64,000 nt of DNA from Flammeovirgaceae bacterium (GTDB taxonomy: Bacteria; Bacteroidota; Bacteroidia; Cytophagales; Cyclobacteriaceae): assembly GCA_002691385.1 (NCBI GenBank), contig NZHT01000091.1, forward strand, positions 4,843 through 68,842, read 5' to 3'. Below are positions 17,790 to 28,039 of the stretch, piece after piece. The translations under genes and the position numbers were made by a program. Numbering within the stretch: position 1 is the stretch's first letter; each line of letters begins with the position of its first letter. The notes below the pieces were generated by a model that was not told the origin of the DNA, searched no databases, and saw only the letters and a program-made list of their open reading frames with translations.

Positions 17790-19364
17790 ATGAAATATAA
17801 ATTTGGTGGTTCAGAAACGAATCAAAGAACAGTATTAGATCATCCTTCAGGACTTTTTGTACTGTTCTTCACAGAGATGTGGGAACGATTTTCTTATTAC
17901 GGCATGCGTGCTATATTGGTTCTTTTCCTGATATCTTCCATACTAGGAGAAGGAGGCTGGGGCTGGGAGCGCGCCGAAGCATTAGAACTTTATGCTATCT
18001 ATACCGGACTCGTATATATAACGCCTATACTAGGAGGATTTTTAGCAGATAAATATTTCGGATATAGAAATGCCATCATCGCAGGAGCCTTCCTGATGAC
18101 CCTAGGGCATGCTTCTTTGGCCTTTGAGGGCTTTACGGAGGTATTTTTCTATATGGGGTTAGGGTTAATTATTTTGGGAAATGGTTTGTTTAAGCCTAAT
18201 ATTTCGTCGATTGTGGGCCAATTGTACAAAAACCAAGGGAAAGAAAAAGATGCTGGGTATACCATATTTTATATGGGTATTAATTCAGGTGCGTTCTTGG
18301 GCATTTTATTGTGTGGCTACATAGGAGAGAAAATAGGATGGCATTTCGGCTTTGGTTTAGCCGGAATTTTTATGTTTTTTGGAATGTTACAATTTTATTT
18401 TGCACAAAATATTTTTGGAAAGATAGGGCTATCTCCGAAAGAATCTCAGGATTTGATTCAAAATAATGAAGATCAAAAGTTCGAAAAGGAGCTTGTGGAA
18501 GTGCTTCCCAAAAAGATCGTTCGAGACCGCTTAATTGTGATTAGCGTTTTTTCATTTTTTGTTATTTTCTTTTGGTGGGCATTTGAACAGGCGGGTGGCT
18601 CTATGACCATATTTGCAGCGGATTATACTGATAGATTACTGGTAGGTGGAGATGCATTGACATTTAAAATATTTAATTCCTTGTTAACGGTCATCCCTAT
18701 GCTTATTATTACTTGGGTATTGCTCATGTTGTTTAAGCAAACTTTTTCTAAATTCGCCTTATCTAATATCTTTCTTGGATCAAGTTTTGTGATTGTATGG
18801 ATAGTTGTGATATGGATGTTGGATAGAGAATTTAGATCTGAATCAACCGAAGTTCCAGCTTCTTGGTTTGGCATATTAAATTCCTTTTATATTATCACAT
18901 TTGCGCCATTGATTTCTAGAATTTGGCAAAGTAAGTTTAATCCAACGGGACCTATAAAATTTGCCATTGCCTTGATCTTAATGGGGCTAGGGTTTGCCAT
19001 ATTGTCTTATGGCTCTATGGGTATTCCTTTGGGTGCGCAGACGGCATCGGTTAGTATGATTTTTTTAATCCTAGCCTATCTTTTTCATACCTTGGGTGAA
19101 TTATGTATATCGCCTGTAGGATTGTCCTATGTCAGTAAATTAGCTCCGATTAAATTGGTGGGTTTGATGTTTGGAATTTGGTTTGTGGCCAACTTTATTG
19201 CTAATTATATGGCAGGAATCACTGGAAGCTATATTGATCCTATTGTAGAAGAATATGGTATGACCACTTTCTTTATGATATTTACCATCATTCCAGCGGT
19301 GGCTGGAATGATCATATGGATGTTAAATAATACTTTATTAAAAATGATGCACGGTGTCAGGTAG
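17790..19364 (+). CDS. Proton-dependent oligopeptide transporter (POT/PTR2 family, MFS)
   Basis: 524 aa with the PTR2 signature FFTEMWERFSYYGMRAILVLFL and GGFLADKYFGYRNAI. Confidence 0.9.
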   Translation: MKYKFGGSETNQRTVLDHPSGLFVLFFTEMWERFSYYGMRAILVLFLISSILGEGGWGWERAEALELYAIYTGLVYITPILGGFLADKYFGYRNAIIAGAFLMTLGHASLAFEGFTEVFFYMGLGLIILGNGLFKPNISSIVGQLYKNQGKEKDAGYTIFYMGINSGAFLGILLCGYIGEKIGWHFGFGLAGIFMFFGMLQFYFAQNIFGKIGLSPKESQDLIQNNEDQKFEKELVEVLPKKIVRDRLIVISVFSFFVIFFWWAFEQAGGSMTIFAADYTDRLLVGGDALTFKIFNSLLTVIPMLIITWVLLMLFKQTFSKFALSNIFLGSSFVIVWIVVIWMLDREFRSESTEVPASWFGILNSFYIITFAPLISRIWQSKFNPTGPIKFAIALILMGLGFAILSYGSMGIPLGAQTASVSMIFLILAYLFHTLGELCISPVGLSYVSKLAPIKLVGLMFGIWFVANFIANYMAGITGSYIDPIVEEYGMTTFFMIFTIIPAVAGMIIWMLNNTLLKMMHGVR

Positions 19365-19470
19365 AAGTATTATCACCAAAGGTGATAAATGTGTGCGATT
19401 CGTTCACAATATTTACAGCGCGTAATGATGCTCGTTTGAAGGCTTTTATTATTAAACCATTGAGCATCTT

Positions 19471-19989
19471 ATGTCTTTGTTCTCTATAAAATCTTGTCAA
19501 TTAGAGGATTTATACCATTTGATATCCTTATCAAGAGAAACCTATTATCAAGCATTTAAAGCATTTAATACTCGAGAGAACATGAATGATTATGTGATGA
19601 GAGCTTTCTCAAAAGAACAATTATTGGCTGAGATGAAAGATCATCAGTCCTCCTTTTATTTTGGTATCTTTCAAAATCAGCGGGTAGGGTATCTAAAATT
19701 AAACGAATATGATACGGCTTCAGAAGGCTATGAAGGTCCTTCAATTGAAGTTCAGCGTTTGTATGTTCAGTCTGATGTGCAAAACTTGGGGATGGGTCAT
19801 TTTCTAATGGAGGAGGCTATTAAAAGAGCCCGGAGTAAAGGATTTAAATTCATTTGGTTAGGGGTTTGGGAGCATAATGAAAAAGCTCTGCGATTTTATG
19901 AAAAATTCAAATTTGAGCATATAGGATCACATACTTTTTTTATGGGAGATGATCCCCAAAAAGATTTTTTATTAGGTCGAATTATATAG
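19471..19989 (+). CDS. GNAT-family N-acetyltransferase
   Basis: 172 aa with an acetyl-CoA binding motif A-like segment (RLYVQSDVQNLGMGHFLMEEAIKRARSKG) and NEKALRFYEKFKF. Confidence 0.8.
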   Translation: MSLFSIKSCQLEDLYHLISLSRETYYQAFKAFNTRENMNDYVMRAFSKEQLLAEMKDHQSSFYFGIFQNQRVGYLKLNEYDTASEGYEGPSIEVQRLYVQSDVQNLGMGHFLMEEAIKRARSKGFKFIWLGVWEHNEKALRFYEKFKFEHIGSHTFFMGDDPQKDFLLGRII

Positions 19990-20596
19990 TCACTCTAAGC
20001 TATACTTTGAGTGGTTGTGTTCAATATAAATATATAGCTTTCATTGTCTTAAGATAACTTTTTTATCGTGAAAAAGTTTTAAAAAAACAATTCTAAATTT
20101 TAATTTAGTTATTACTCTGCTTTACTTTTTTAGAATTAAAAATTTCAAACTTATCTGGCGATATACAATTGTATTATTTCGAAGGGAGATCCGTTATAAC
20201 TTTAGATTCGATAATAGAGATGAAGAACAATTTAATCTTAACAAATATTTAATTGGGATCATGAGATATCTGTAAGGAGACCATTTAGCTATTTTGATGT
20301 AAACAATCGAATGAGATTTTTAGGAGGGAGTAAAAAAATATAGACTTAGGGGTATAGGCAATCAAATCAAATATGTAGATAAAAAAAATTATCCATTTTT
20401 ATTTTGCATGCCATATTTGATAAGTTTAGTTCCTATCTATAAAAGTAAATTGCTCAATAAAAAGCTAATGTTAAATGGATATAAAATAAAATTTATTTTT
20501 GTTCAAGGAGTAAATCATGATTATCAAAGTTGATAATTTGAGAGCACCAATAAAATTTCGAATTCTTTTTATAAATCAGTTCTTTAATAAATTTAA

Positions 20597-22660
20597 ATGA
20601 GAGATAGGTTAAACAAATATTTGAGCGATCGAAAACTTTATTTTTTAGGGTTTTTATATTTGATCAATGCGTGCAGTTATCAAAAGGTTGAGCTGAGAGT
20701 GGCAGATATATTTACCGATCATATGGTGTTACAGCAAGAGGCAGATGCGCCTATTTGGGGCTGGGCCAGCCCCAATACTGAGATTACTATTGCTACATCG
20801 TGGAGTGATCAAGTCCATACCTATAGTAATGATTTAGGAGAATGGGAAACCATGATGAGAATACCAAAAACAAATGCTAAACCTCAATGGTTAAAAATCA
20901 CCGCAGTAGATTCAACAATTTTTCTTGAAGATGTACTATTTGGCGAGGTCTGGATAGGGTCAGGACAATCTAATATGGAAATGCCTATGAACGGATGGAT
21001 AGACCGAGGGGATTCATTGAATGATTCGAAAAATGAGATTAAGAAGGCAAATTACCCTAGAATTAGATTATTCCGCGTAAACAAAGTGCAGACTTATGAG
21101 CCAATTCAACACTTAGATGGAAATTGGCTTATTTGTTCGCCGGAGACTGTGTCGAATTTCTCGGCTGTTTTGTATTTTTTTGGTCGAGATCTGCATGAAA
21201 ATATAGAAACTCCTATTGGATTGATCGATGTGAGTTGGGATGGTTCTTCAGCCCAAGCTTGGGTTGCACCTGATTATTTGGAGAAAATACGAGGTTTTGA
21301 AAAAGTAAAAGAGAAATTAACATTGACTGCTCGCGAATTTGAACCTTTCAATGATTGGGTAGGCGAGATGAAGCAAATTCCAAGAGATGAATTGATTGGA
21401 GCAGAAGCCTTCCATTTTGAAAGTGATAAAACAAAATCTTATACTAACTTAAACTACGATGATTCAGTATGGGATACCGTCTCTCATACTAATCTCTCAA
21501 AAGTATTTGGAGAAGATTTTGATGATTATGATTTAGAAGGCTATGATATTAACGGTATGGTATGGTTCCGTCAAGAATTTCAATATTTAGGAGATACACA
21601 TTCAGATAGTTTATTCATATTTTTAGGACCTATAAAACACTTAAATAGTACTTTTTTAAACGGAAACTTGATCGGAAGAAAAGAGCATTGGGGGTCTAAT
21701 CAAGGTGACGTAGTATATAAAATATCCTCAAAAGATCTCAATAATGGTAAAAATGTGTTAGCTGTTCGAATCATTGATGTTTGGGGGAATGCTGGATTTA
21801 AAAAAGGAGTAACACCCAATATATTGGATGATCAAAACAAGGAGCTCATTGTGTTGAATGATTGTTGGAAATTTAAACGTTCCGCTGTACTTTTCAAAGA
21901 TAGCTTTTATGTTATTAGCGATGATGAACAAGTCAGAGAATTACCTCTCAGAATGTCGATTTTTACTCCGGCATCAATGTTTAATGGGATGATTGCTCCA
22001 TTGATTCCTTTCTCTATTAAAGGAGTTATTTGGTATCAAGGAGAGACAAATGTTTCTAGACCTATGCTATACCAAAAAATATTTCCAGCTGTTTTTAATA
22101 GTTGGAGGTTTCATTGGGGGCAAGGAGATTTCCCCTTTTACTATGCTCAGTTGTCATCATATGGTGGTTTTAGTAAGGAGGTGACTAAATTACGCGAGGC
22201 ACAACTTTTTACGTTGAGAGAAAAAAATGTGGGGATGGCGGTAACCATTGATATTGGGGATTTTGATAAAATACATATCCATAATAAACAAGATGTGGGG
22301 AAACGAATTGCATTATGGGCCCGTGCTAAAGATTATGGAGATACGTCTTTGGTATATTCTGGACCCTTGTATAAAGATGTAACTTTTGATGGTGCTAATG
22401 CCGTCATTTCTTTTGATCATGTGGGCAGTGGCATAGATACTACAAAGAATTTGGAGCATTTTGAAATAGCAGGATCAGATAAAATATTTTATCCAGCAGA
22501 GGTCCGCATAGTAAACAACAAAGTAATTGCTAGAGCCGATCAGGTAATAAAACCCGTTTTTATTAGGTATGCTTGGCTTCCCTATGTCAAAGCGGATTTG
22601 TATAATTTTGAAGGACTACCTGCCGCACCTTTTAGAAACTACACTAACGATGAGGAATAA
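20597..22660 (+). CDS. SASA-family carbohydrate O-acetylesterase (sialate O-acetylesterase-like) with an inserted galactose-binding-like domain
   Basis: 687 aa. GEVWIGSGQSNMEMPM contains the GQSN catalytic Ser motif of the SASA/DUF303 family. A central jelly-roll-like insert carries WFRQEF...LNGNLIG...NVLAVRI. This is the first gene of the PUL. Confidence 0.75.
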   Translation: MRDRLNKYLSDRKLYFLGFLYLINACSYQKVELRVADIFTDHMVLQQEADAPIWGWASPNTEITIATSWSDQVHTYSNDLGEWETMMRIPKTNAKPQWLKITAVDSTIFLEDVLFGEVWIGSGQSNMEMPMNGWIDRGDSLNDSKNEIKKANYPRIRLFRVNKVQTYEPIQHLDGNWLICSPETVSNFSAVLYFFGRDLHENIETPIGLIDVSWDGSSAQAWVAPDYLEKIRGFEKVKEKLTLTAREFEPFNDWVGEMKQIPRDELIGAEAFHFESDKTKSYTNLNYDDSVWDTVSHTNLSKVFGEDFDDYDLEGYDINGMVWFRQEFQYLGDTHSDSLFIFLGPIKHLNSTFLNGNLIGRKEHWGSNQGDVVYKISSKDLNNGKNVLAVRIIDVWGNAGFKKGVTPNILDDQNKELIVLNDCWKFKRSAVLFKDSFYVISDDEQVRELPLRMSIFTPASMFNGMIAPLIPFSIKGVIWYQGETNVSRPMLYQKIFPAVFNSWRFHWGQGDFPFYYAQLSSYGGFSKEVTKLREAQLFTLREKNVGMAVTIDIGDFDKIHIHNKQDVGKRIALWARAKDYGDTSLVYSGPLYKDVTFDGANAVISFDHVGSGIDTTKNLEHFEIAGSDKIFYPAEVRIVNNKVIARADQVIKPVFIRYAWLPYVKADLYNFEGLPAAPFRNYTNDEE

Positions 22661-24377
22661 TAAGGACTGCATATTACTTAATTTATCATTAATTATTTTT
22701 GTGCCATTGATGATGGGATGTCAAAAAGAACTCGATGAACCCATTGAATCAAAAGATAAAATTAATGTTTTATGGTTGGTAGCTGAAGATTTGGGTCCTT
22801 ACATACCTCCCTTTGGAGATTCAACGATTAAAACCCCCCATTTGAGTCGATTAGCAGCTGAAGGAGTGAGGTATAACAATGTTTTTAGCGTATCAGGTGT
22901 ATGTTCTCCAAGCCGTGCGGCATTGGCTACTGGAATGTATCCCTCTAGCATAGGGGCACATCATATGCGTACTTTGTACCAACAACCAGCAGCCAAAAAA
23001 ATGGGGATTATCAATTATGAGGTGGTCTTGCCGATAGGTGTTAAAATGGTCAGTGAAATTTTACGTGAAAATGGATATTATACCTCCAATAACGCCAAAG
23101 AAGATTATCAGTTTTTTCCATCTCAAATGGCATGGGATGAATCCAGTAATTATGCACATTGGCGAAATCGACCCAACGGTAAACCGTTTTATTCCATGTT
23201 TAGCTTCATAGTTACTCATGAATCAGGTTTATGGTATCATTTTGGTAAGATAAATGATCTAGACACGTTTCCTCCTTCTAGGACCACATCACGACGCAAA
23301 ATTAATCGTCAATTAGGAAAAAAAGGACGTATTCCTTTAATTGATGAGGATCTTCCAGTAGTAATACCTCCTTATCTTCCCAATACAGAAAAAGTGGTAA
23401 ATGATGTGAGGAGAATGTATTCAAACATATCTCGTATGGATGAGCATGTCGGAAATATACTGATTCAACTGGAGGAAGATGGATTGTTGGAAAACACCAT
23501 TATAGTGTGGTTTACCGATCATGGTGGCCCATTGCCAAGGCAAAAGAGGTTATTGTATGATGCAGGATTACAGGTACCCATGATTGTAAGATATCCCAAC
23601 AAATTTCGTTCGGGTGAAATCGATGACAGACTGATCAGTTTTGTAGATTTTGCTCCGACCTTATTGTCCATGACTGCGATAAAGCCACCTGAATATATGC
23701 AAGGCATTGCTTTTGAGGGTAAGTTCAAAGTTCCTGCCGAAAGAAAATTTATCCATGCAGGAGCTGATCGGTTTGATGAGACTTATGATATGATTCGAGC
23801 CGTTCGAGATAAAAGGTTTAAATATTTAAAGAATTTCCAACCACAAAAGCCCTACTATTTGCCATTGGCATATCGTGAAAATATGGCAAGTATGCAGGAG
23901 CTATTGCGTTTAAATTCGATTGATTCATTGAATGACAAACAAGCCTTATGGTTTCGCAAAACTAAGCCAAATGAAGAGCTTTTTGATACGTCTGCGGATC
24001 CCCATGAATTAAATAATCTAGCAGAAGATCCACAATTTTCGAAGATATTGAGTGAACTAAGAAAGGAGTGTGAAAAATGGATGCATAATACCAAAGATAT
24101 GGGGCATATCCCTGAACAAGAAATAATCAATACCTTTTGGCCTGATAAAATTCAACCCTTAACGGCTAATCCTGTACTTAATGTTCAAAATGGGAAATTA
24201 CAAGTAACTTGTCAAACTGAGGGAGCTTCCATAGGCTATAAACGGTCCCAAGATTTGAAAGATGGGCTTGGCTGGCAGATTTACAAATCGCCAATATACG
24301 TGGATCAAGAAGCACCTATTTTGGTTATTGCGCATCGCATTGGATTTGCTCCAAGCGATACAATTAAATGGAATTAA
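22650..24377 (+). CDS. Sulfatase (S1 formylglycine-dependent family), lipoprotein
   Basis: CSPSR in VSGVCSPSRAALATGMYP is the Cys-type FGly motif. The preferred start is the ATG at 22650 (MRNNKDCILLNLSLIIFVPLMMGCQ signal/lipobox). This overlaps the upstream stop by 11 nt. The longer ORF-track start at 22569 lies inside the esterase gene. Confidence 0.85.
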   Translation: MRNNKDCILLNLSLIIFVPLMMGCQKELDEPIESKDKINVLWLVAEDLGPYIPPFGDSTIKTPHLSRLAAEGVRYNNVFSVSGVCSPSRAALATGMYPSSIGAHHMRTLYQQPAAKKMGIINYEVVLPIGVKMVSEILRENGYYTSNNAKEDYQFFPSQMAWDESSNYAHWRNRPNGKPFYSMFSFIVTHESGLWYHFGKINDLDTFPPSRTTSRRKINRQLGKKGRIPLIDEDLPVVIPPYLPNTEKVVNDVRRMYSNISRMDEHVGNILIQLEEDGLLENTIIVWFTDHGGPLPRQKRLLYDAGLQVPMIVRYPNKFRSGEIDDRLISFVDFAPTLLSMTAIKPPEYMQGIAFEGKFKVPAERKFIHAGADRFDETYDMIRAVRDKRFKYLKNFQPQKPYYLPLAYRENMASMQELLRLNSIDSLNDKQALWFRKTKPNEELFDTSADPHELNNLAEDPQFSKILSELRKECEKWMHNTKDMGHIPEQEIINTFWPDKIQPLTANPVLNVQNGKLQVTCQTEGASIGYKRSQDLKDGLGWQIYKSPIYVDQEAPILVIAHRIGFAPSDTIKWN

Positions 24378-24379
24378 TA

Positions 24380-25726
24380 ATGAAAGAAAAAGAGCGGATA
24401 AAGTATTTTTTTCCTGTAGTGTTTTTACTGACATTATTCTCTTGTGATTCGCAAAATACAAACAAAGAAAATGTGCCCAATATTATCTTGATTATGGCAG
24501 ATGATTTGGGTTATGAAACCCTTGGTGCCAATGGCGGTACCTCTTACAATACACCCAATCTAGATCTCATGGCAGAATCAGGTATTAGGTTTGATCACTG
24601 TTATTCGCAGCCTGTATGTACCCCTAGTAGGGTTAAGATCATGACAGGTATTAATAACATACGTAATTATGTTAAATTTGGCTACTTAGACACTGGACAA
24701 ACAACTTTTGGTCATTTGTTACACGAGGGTGATTATGCTACAGCAATTATCGGTAAGTGGCAATTAGGTAAATCAGCCTCAGGACCTCAGCATTTTGGTT
24801 TTGATGAGCATTGTCTTTGGCAAGTGACTGAAGGTCGAATAGATTCCTTAGGTAGAGATACCAGGTATTCAGAGCCAGTACTTCAAATCAATGGTTTGTT
24901 ACAAACCTTAGATAAGGAAGATTATGGTCCTGATGTAGTGAGTCAGTTTGGTATCAAATTCATGGAATTCGCCGTGCAGAAAGATCAGCCATTTTTCCTT
25001 TACTATCCCATGATGTTAACACATTGCCCATTTAGTCCCACCCCAGACTCTAAAGATTGGATGGTAAATGAGGATGCCGTTTTCACTTATGCGGGAGATT
25101 CAATTTATTTTAAGGAGATGGTAAATTATATGGATAAACTAGTTGGACGTATAAATGAAAAACTTACTGAGCTGGGTATAAGAGACAATACTATGATTAT
25201 ATTCATTGGAGACAATGGCACAGATCAACCTATCATTTCAAATATTGGAGCAGATAAAGTATTTGGAGGAAAAGGTCGATCAACAAATACTGGGACCCAC
25301 GTTCCCCTTATTATTCAATGGCCGGGTGTTATAAAAAAAGGATTTTCCACGAATCATTTGGTAGATTTTAGTGATTTTTTGCCTACTATATGCGAGGCGG
25401 CTGGTGTATTAGTTCCAGATAAATTAGACATTGATGGCAAAAGTTTTTTTCCTTTAATAACAGGGAATGATCAAACGACTCGTGAACCGATATATAGTTG
25501 GTTTAAAAACAATAGAAAGCCTTTTGATGTTAGTGTATACGCTCGTAATCAGAGATTTAAGCTTTATGATAATGGTAAATTCTATGATGTAAAAGCAGAC
25601 CCACTTGAAGCCAACTCATTGAATATTGAATTTCTTAATCATGAGGCAAGAGAAGCCTATGAACTATTAAGGAAGTCAATAATTTCAAATGGTAAAAGGA
25701 GATTAGATGCCGTATCAAATCAGTAA
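24380..25726 (+). CDS. Sulfatase (S1 family), lipoprotein
   Basis: CTPSR in SQPVCTPSRVKIMTG, plus NIILIMADDLGYE. The leader is MKEKERIKYFFPVVFLLTLFSCD. An alternative in-frame ATG exists at 24368. Confidence 0.85.
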   Translation: MKEKERIKYFFPVVFLLTLFSCDSQNTNKENVPNIILIMADDLGYETLGANGGTSYNTPNLDLMAESGIRFDHCYSQPVCTPSRVKIMTGINNIRNYVKFGYLDTGQTTFGHLLHEGDYATAIIGKWQLGKSASGPQHFGFDEHCLWQVTEGRIDSLGRDTRYSEPVLQINGLLQTLDKEDYGPDVVSQFGIKFMEFAVQKDQPFFLYYPMMLTHCPFSPTPDSKDWMVNEDAVFTYAGDSIYFKEMVNYMDKLVGRINEKLTELGIRDNTMIIFIGDNGTDQPIISNIGADKVFGGKGRSTNTGTHVPLIIQWPGVIKKGFSTNHLVDFSDFLPTICEAAGVLVPDKLDIDGKSFFPLITGNDQTTREPIYSWFKNNRKPFDVSVYARNQRFKLYDNGKFYDVKADPLEANSLNIEFLNHEAREAYELLRKSIISNGKRRLDAVSNQ

Positions 25727-25734
25727 ACAACTAT

Positions 25735-27102
25735 TCATTGAGCTTTAATAATTTTAAAATGTAATTTATCGGCTTTTGATGTAGTAATTAATCCTTTGGG
25801 AAATGGTTTTATCTCATTTAATTGCTCCTCCAAATTTAATAAAAGCTCAAAAGCTTTTTTTCTGTGTTTGAGTATTAGGTTATTAGTTTCCCCTGGGTCT
25901 AATTTCAAATTGAATAGTAGTGTATCATGTGGGGGAGAATATAATCTAGAGGGTGTTTTAGAGTATCCTGCAAATGGTAATTTGATTTTCCAATCTCCAT
26001 CTCGAAACGCTTCTGCTTCACCATTGCTAAAGTATATAAATGACTGATCCCCGCTATTGGAATTATCGAAAAACTCATTAAAAAGATCTTTCCCATCCTC
26101 AATCCCACTTAAATTCATGTTAAGGATCTTTTTAATTGTAGGTAAAATGTCAAGCTGAGAACTTACCGAATTTGACACAAGCCCCTTATCTATTTTCGCA
26201 GGCCACATGGCAATCATAGGAACTCTCATTCCACCCTCAAAAGTATGACTTTTCCCTTTACGTAGAACTCCTGCAGAACCTCCTAATTTTTTCATAGATA
26301 GCCATGGACCATTATCACTAGTGAAAATAATCAAACTATTTTTCATGATATTTAGAGATTTCAATGTTGATAATATTTCACCAACGCTCCAATCTAACTC
26401 TTCAATCACATCACCGTATAATCCTCGACTAGATTTGCCTTTAAATTCTTTAGATGCATAAATCGGTACATGAGGCATATTATGGGAAAGGAAAAGAAAA
26501 AATGGATTCTCTTTATTTTTAATCATGAATTTTTTTGCCTCATCGGTATATGTTTTTGTTATTAGGGATTGATCTACATCGAATGATTCAACTTCATTGC
26601 CACGCATATAAACGACACTTTTCATATCATTGCTATACGGAATACCAAAATAATTATCGAATCCTTGTGCCAAAGGCAAGAACTTTTCAAAATGTCCTAG
26701 ATGCCATTTTCCTATGATTCCAGTTTTGTAATTTTGAGTCTTAAATATTTCCGCTAGTGTAATTTCTGAAGGGTCTAGACCGGTGTGACTCTCGGGGAAA
26801 AACACCCTGTTGACACCAGTTCTTGGAGGATATTTTCCAGTTAAAAGTCCAGCCCTTGAAGGGCTACAAGAAGCTGCAGGAGAATAGAAATCAGTAAAAA
26901 TAATACCATTTTTTGCCATTAAATCAAGGTTTGTTGTCTTGATATCTCTAGCACCGTAACATGATAAATCACCATATCCCAAGTCATCTGCATATATAAT
27001 GATGACATTTGGCAAATCCCTATTTTTCTTCTCTGATTGGTTACAGTTCGCAAAAACAAAAGCAAGTAATAGTATTTTTAGAAATAATATAATCTTATTC
27101 AT
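25735..27102 (-). CDS. Sulfatase (S1 family, arylsulfatase A / GalNAc-6-sulfatase-like)
   Basis: 455 aa with NVIIIYADDLGYGDL, CSPSR in PAASCSPSRAGLLTGKYP, and GKWHLG. It is convergent with the previous sulfatase, with only 8 nt between the stop codons. Confidence 0.85.
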   Translation of the reverse strand: MNKIILFLKILLLAFVFANCNQSEKKNRDLPNVIIIYADDLGYGDLSCYGARDIKTTNLDLMAKNGIIFTDFYSPAASCSPSRAGLLTGKYPPRTGVNRVFFPESHTGLDPSEITLAEIFKTQNYKTGIIGKWHLGHFEKFLPLAQGFDNYFGIPYSNDMKSVVYMRGNEVESFDVDQSLITKTYTDEAKKFMIKNKENPFFLFLSHNMPHVPIYASKEFKGKSSRGLYGDVIEELDWSVGEILSTLKSLNIMKNSLIIFTSDNGPWLSMKKLGGSAGVLRKGKSHTFEGGMRVPMIAMWPAKIDKGLVSNSVSSQLDILPTIKKILNMNLSGIEDGKDLFNEFFDNSNSGDQSFIYFSNGEAEAFRDGDWKIKLPFAGYSKTPSRLYSPPHDTLLFNLKLDPGETNNLILKHRKKAFELLLNLEEQLNEIKPFPKGLITTSKADKLHFKIIKAQ

Positions 27103-27332
27103 TTTTTAATACCTTTTTTCTGCAGTCTTATCTTTTGCATTTTCAAAATTTCAAAGTGAAAATAATATTCTTGGTATCAATTGGAATCATAATTTCCACT
27201 TACAAAAATTTCTTAATTTTTAAGTTATTTAACTACTTAATGACTTGTGAATAAATTTTGATTTACACATTTTAATGCTGATGTGATAAATTTTGTAACT
27301 AATATCTTCTAAAAATTTTGATAATAAGTAAT

Positions 27333-27340
27333 TAAATTTG
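27333..27340 (+). promoter_or_regulatory. Candidate Bacteroidota -7 promoter element (TAAATTTG, matching TAnnTTTG) upstream of the ECF sigma gene
   Basis: Exact match to the TAnnTTTG consensus, read at 27333-27340, 23 nt before the TTG at 27363. The match is in AT-rich DNA and could arise by chance. Confidence 0.25.
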
Positions 27341-27362
27341 ATAATATAGAAAAAAGGTTTAT

Positions 27363-27926
27363 TTGAGATCATTTTTTAATAATAAAATTTTTTTTTTGGA
27401 GCTATCAGAAAAATTATTGGTAAGTCAGATCAAAGCTAGAAATCGAATAGCGTTTGAAATTATATTCAAAGAATATTATTTACAACTTGTAAGATTTGCT
27501 GAGGGAATGCTATTTGATCCAAAACAAGCCGATGACATAGTTCAAGATCTATTTTTAAACCTCTGGGAAAATGCTCAAAATTTGACTATAAAGAAATCTA
27601 TAAAAGGGTATCTCTACGCATCAACAAGAAATAGATGTTTAAATGAGATTCAGAAATTTCAAATACATGATAAAAATTTACTTCATTATGAAGGAATTCT
27701 AAATTCGGAAAATTTAGTATCTGACAATGATCTAAAAGAAGATTTGATAAAAAAAGTAATGGTTGTCTTAGAGTTACTGCCTAAAAAAATGAAGAAGATA
27801 GTCAAAATGAAGTACCTACAAAATAAAAAGCATCAAGAGATTTCGGAATCATTAAGCATTACAGAGAATACAGTCAATACTCAACTCACTCGAGCAAAGA
27901 AAAAATTAAGAGACTTCCTATATTAA
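27363..27926 (+). CDS. ECF-type RNA polymerase sigma-70 factor (Bacteroidota PUL-associated type)
   Basis: Region 2 (DDIVQDLFLNLWE, YLYASTRNRCLN) and region 4 (LPKKMKKIVKMKYLQNKKHQEISESLSITENTVNTQLTRAKKKL) are present. No ATG is available near the N-terminus, so the start is TTG at 27363 or TTG at 27396. Confidence 0.8.
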   Translation: MRSFFNNKIFFLELSEKLLVSQIKARNRIAFEIIFKEYYLQLVRFAEGMLFDPKQADDIVQDLFLNLWENAQNLTIKKSIKGYLYASTRNRCLNEIQKFQIHDKNLLHYEGILNSENLVSDNDLKEDLIKKVMVVLELLPKKMKKIVKMKYLQNKKHQEISESLSITENTVNTQLTRAKKKLRDFLY

Positions 27927-28039
27927 TATATCTGAGCTTAGCCGTATAAAATAAAACTCATACATGTCACAGATTATATCTAGTTGAATGTCTTAAATGT
28001 AAATTTCATATTTTAACTGAGATATCAAACATTGAAAAG

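Noticed and set aside
19371-19387. Hairpin TATCACC-AAA-GGTGATA 7 nt after the POT transporter stop, considered as an intrinsic terminator
   Set aside because: It has a 7-bp AT-rich stem with no downstream T-tract. The evidence is too weak to call a terminator, particularly in Bacteroidota where terminator rules are less clear.
22569-22649. Upstream extensions of sulfatase and TolC ORFs in the ORF track (22569, 24368, 51453, 59565) and of giant gene 1 (35813)
   Set aside because: The extensions run inside the preceding gene or precede a clear signal peptide or lipobox that begins at an internal ATG. The internal starts give canonical leaders and typical ATGA/TAATG coupling. The extensions are not extra genes.
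24198-24461. Small ORFs 24198-24461 (-) and 24262-24447 (+) spanning the junction of two sulfatase genes
   Set aside because: They overlap the well-supported sulfatase reading frames, and no motif or leader supports them.
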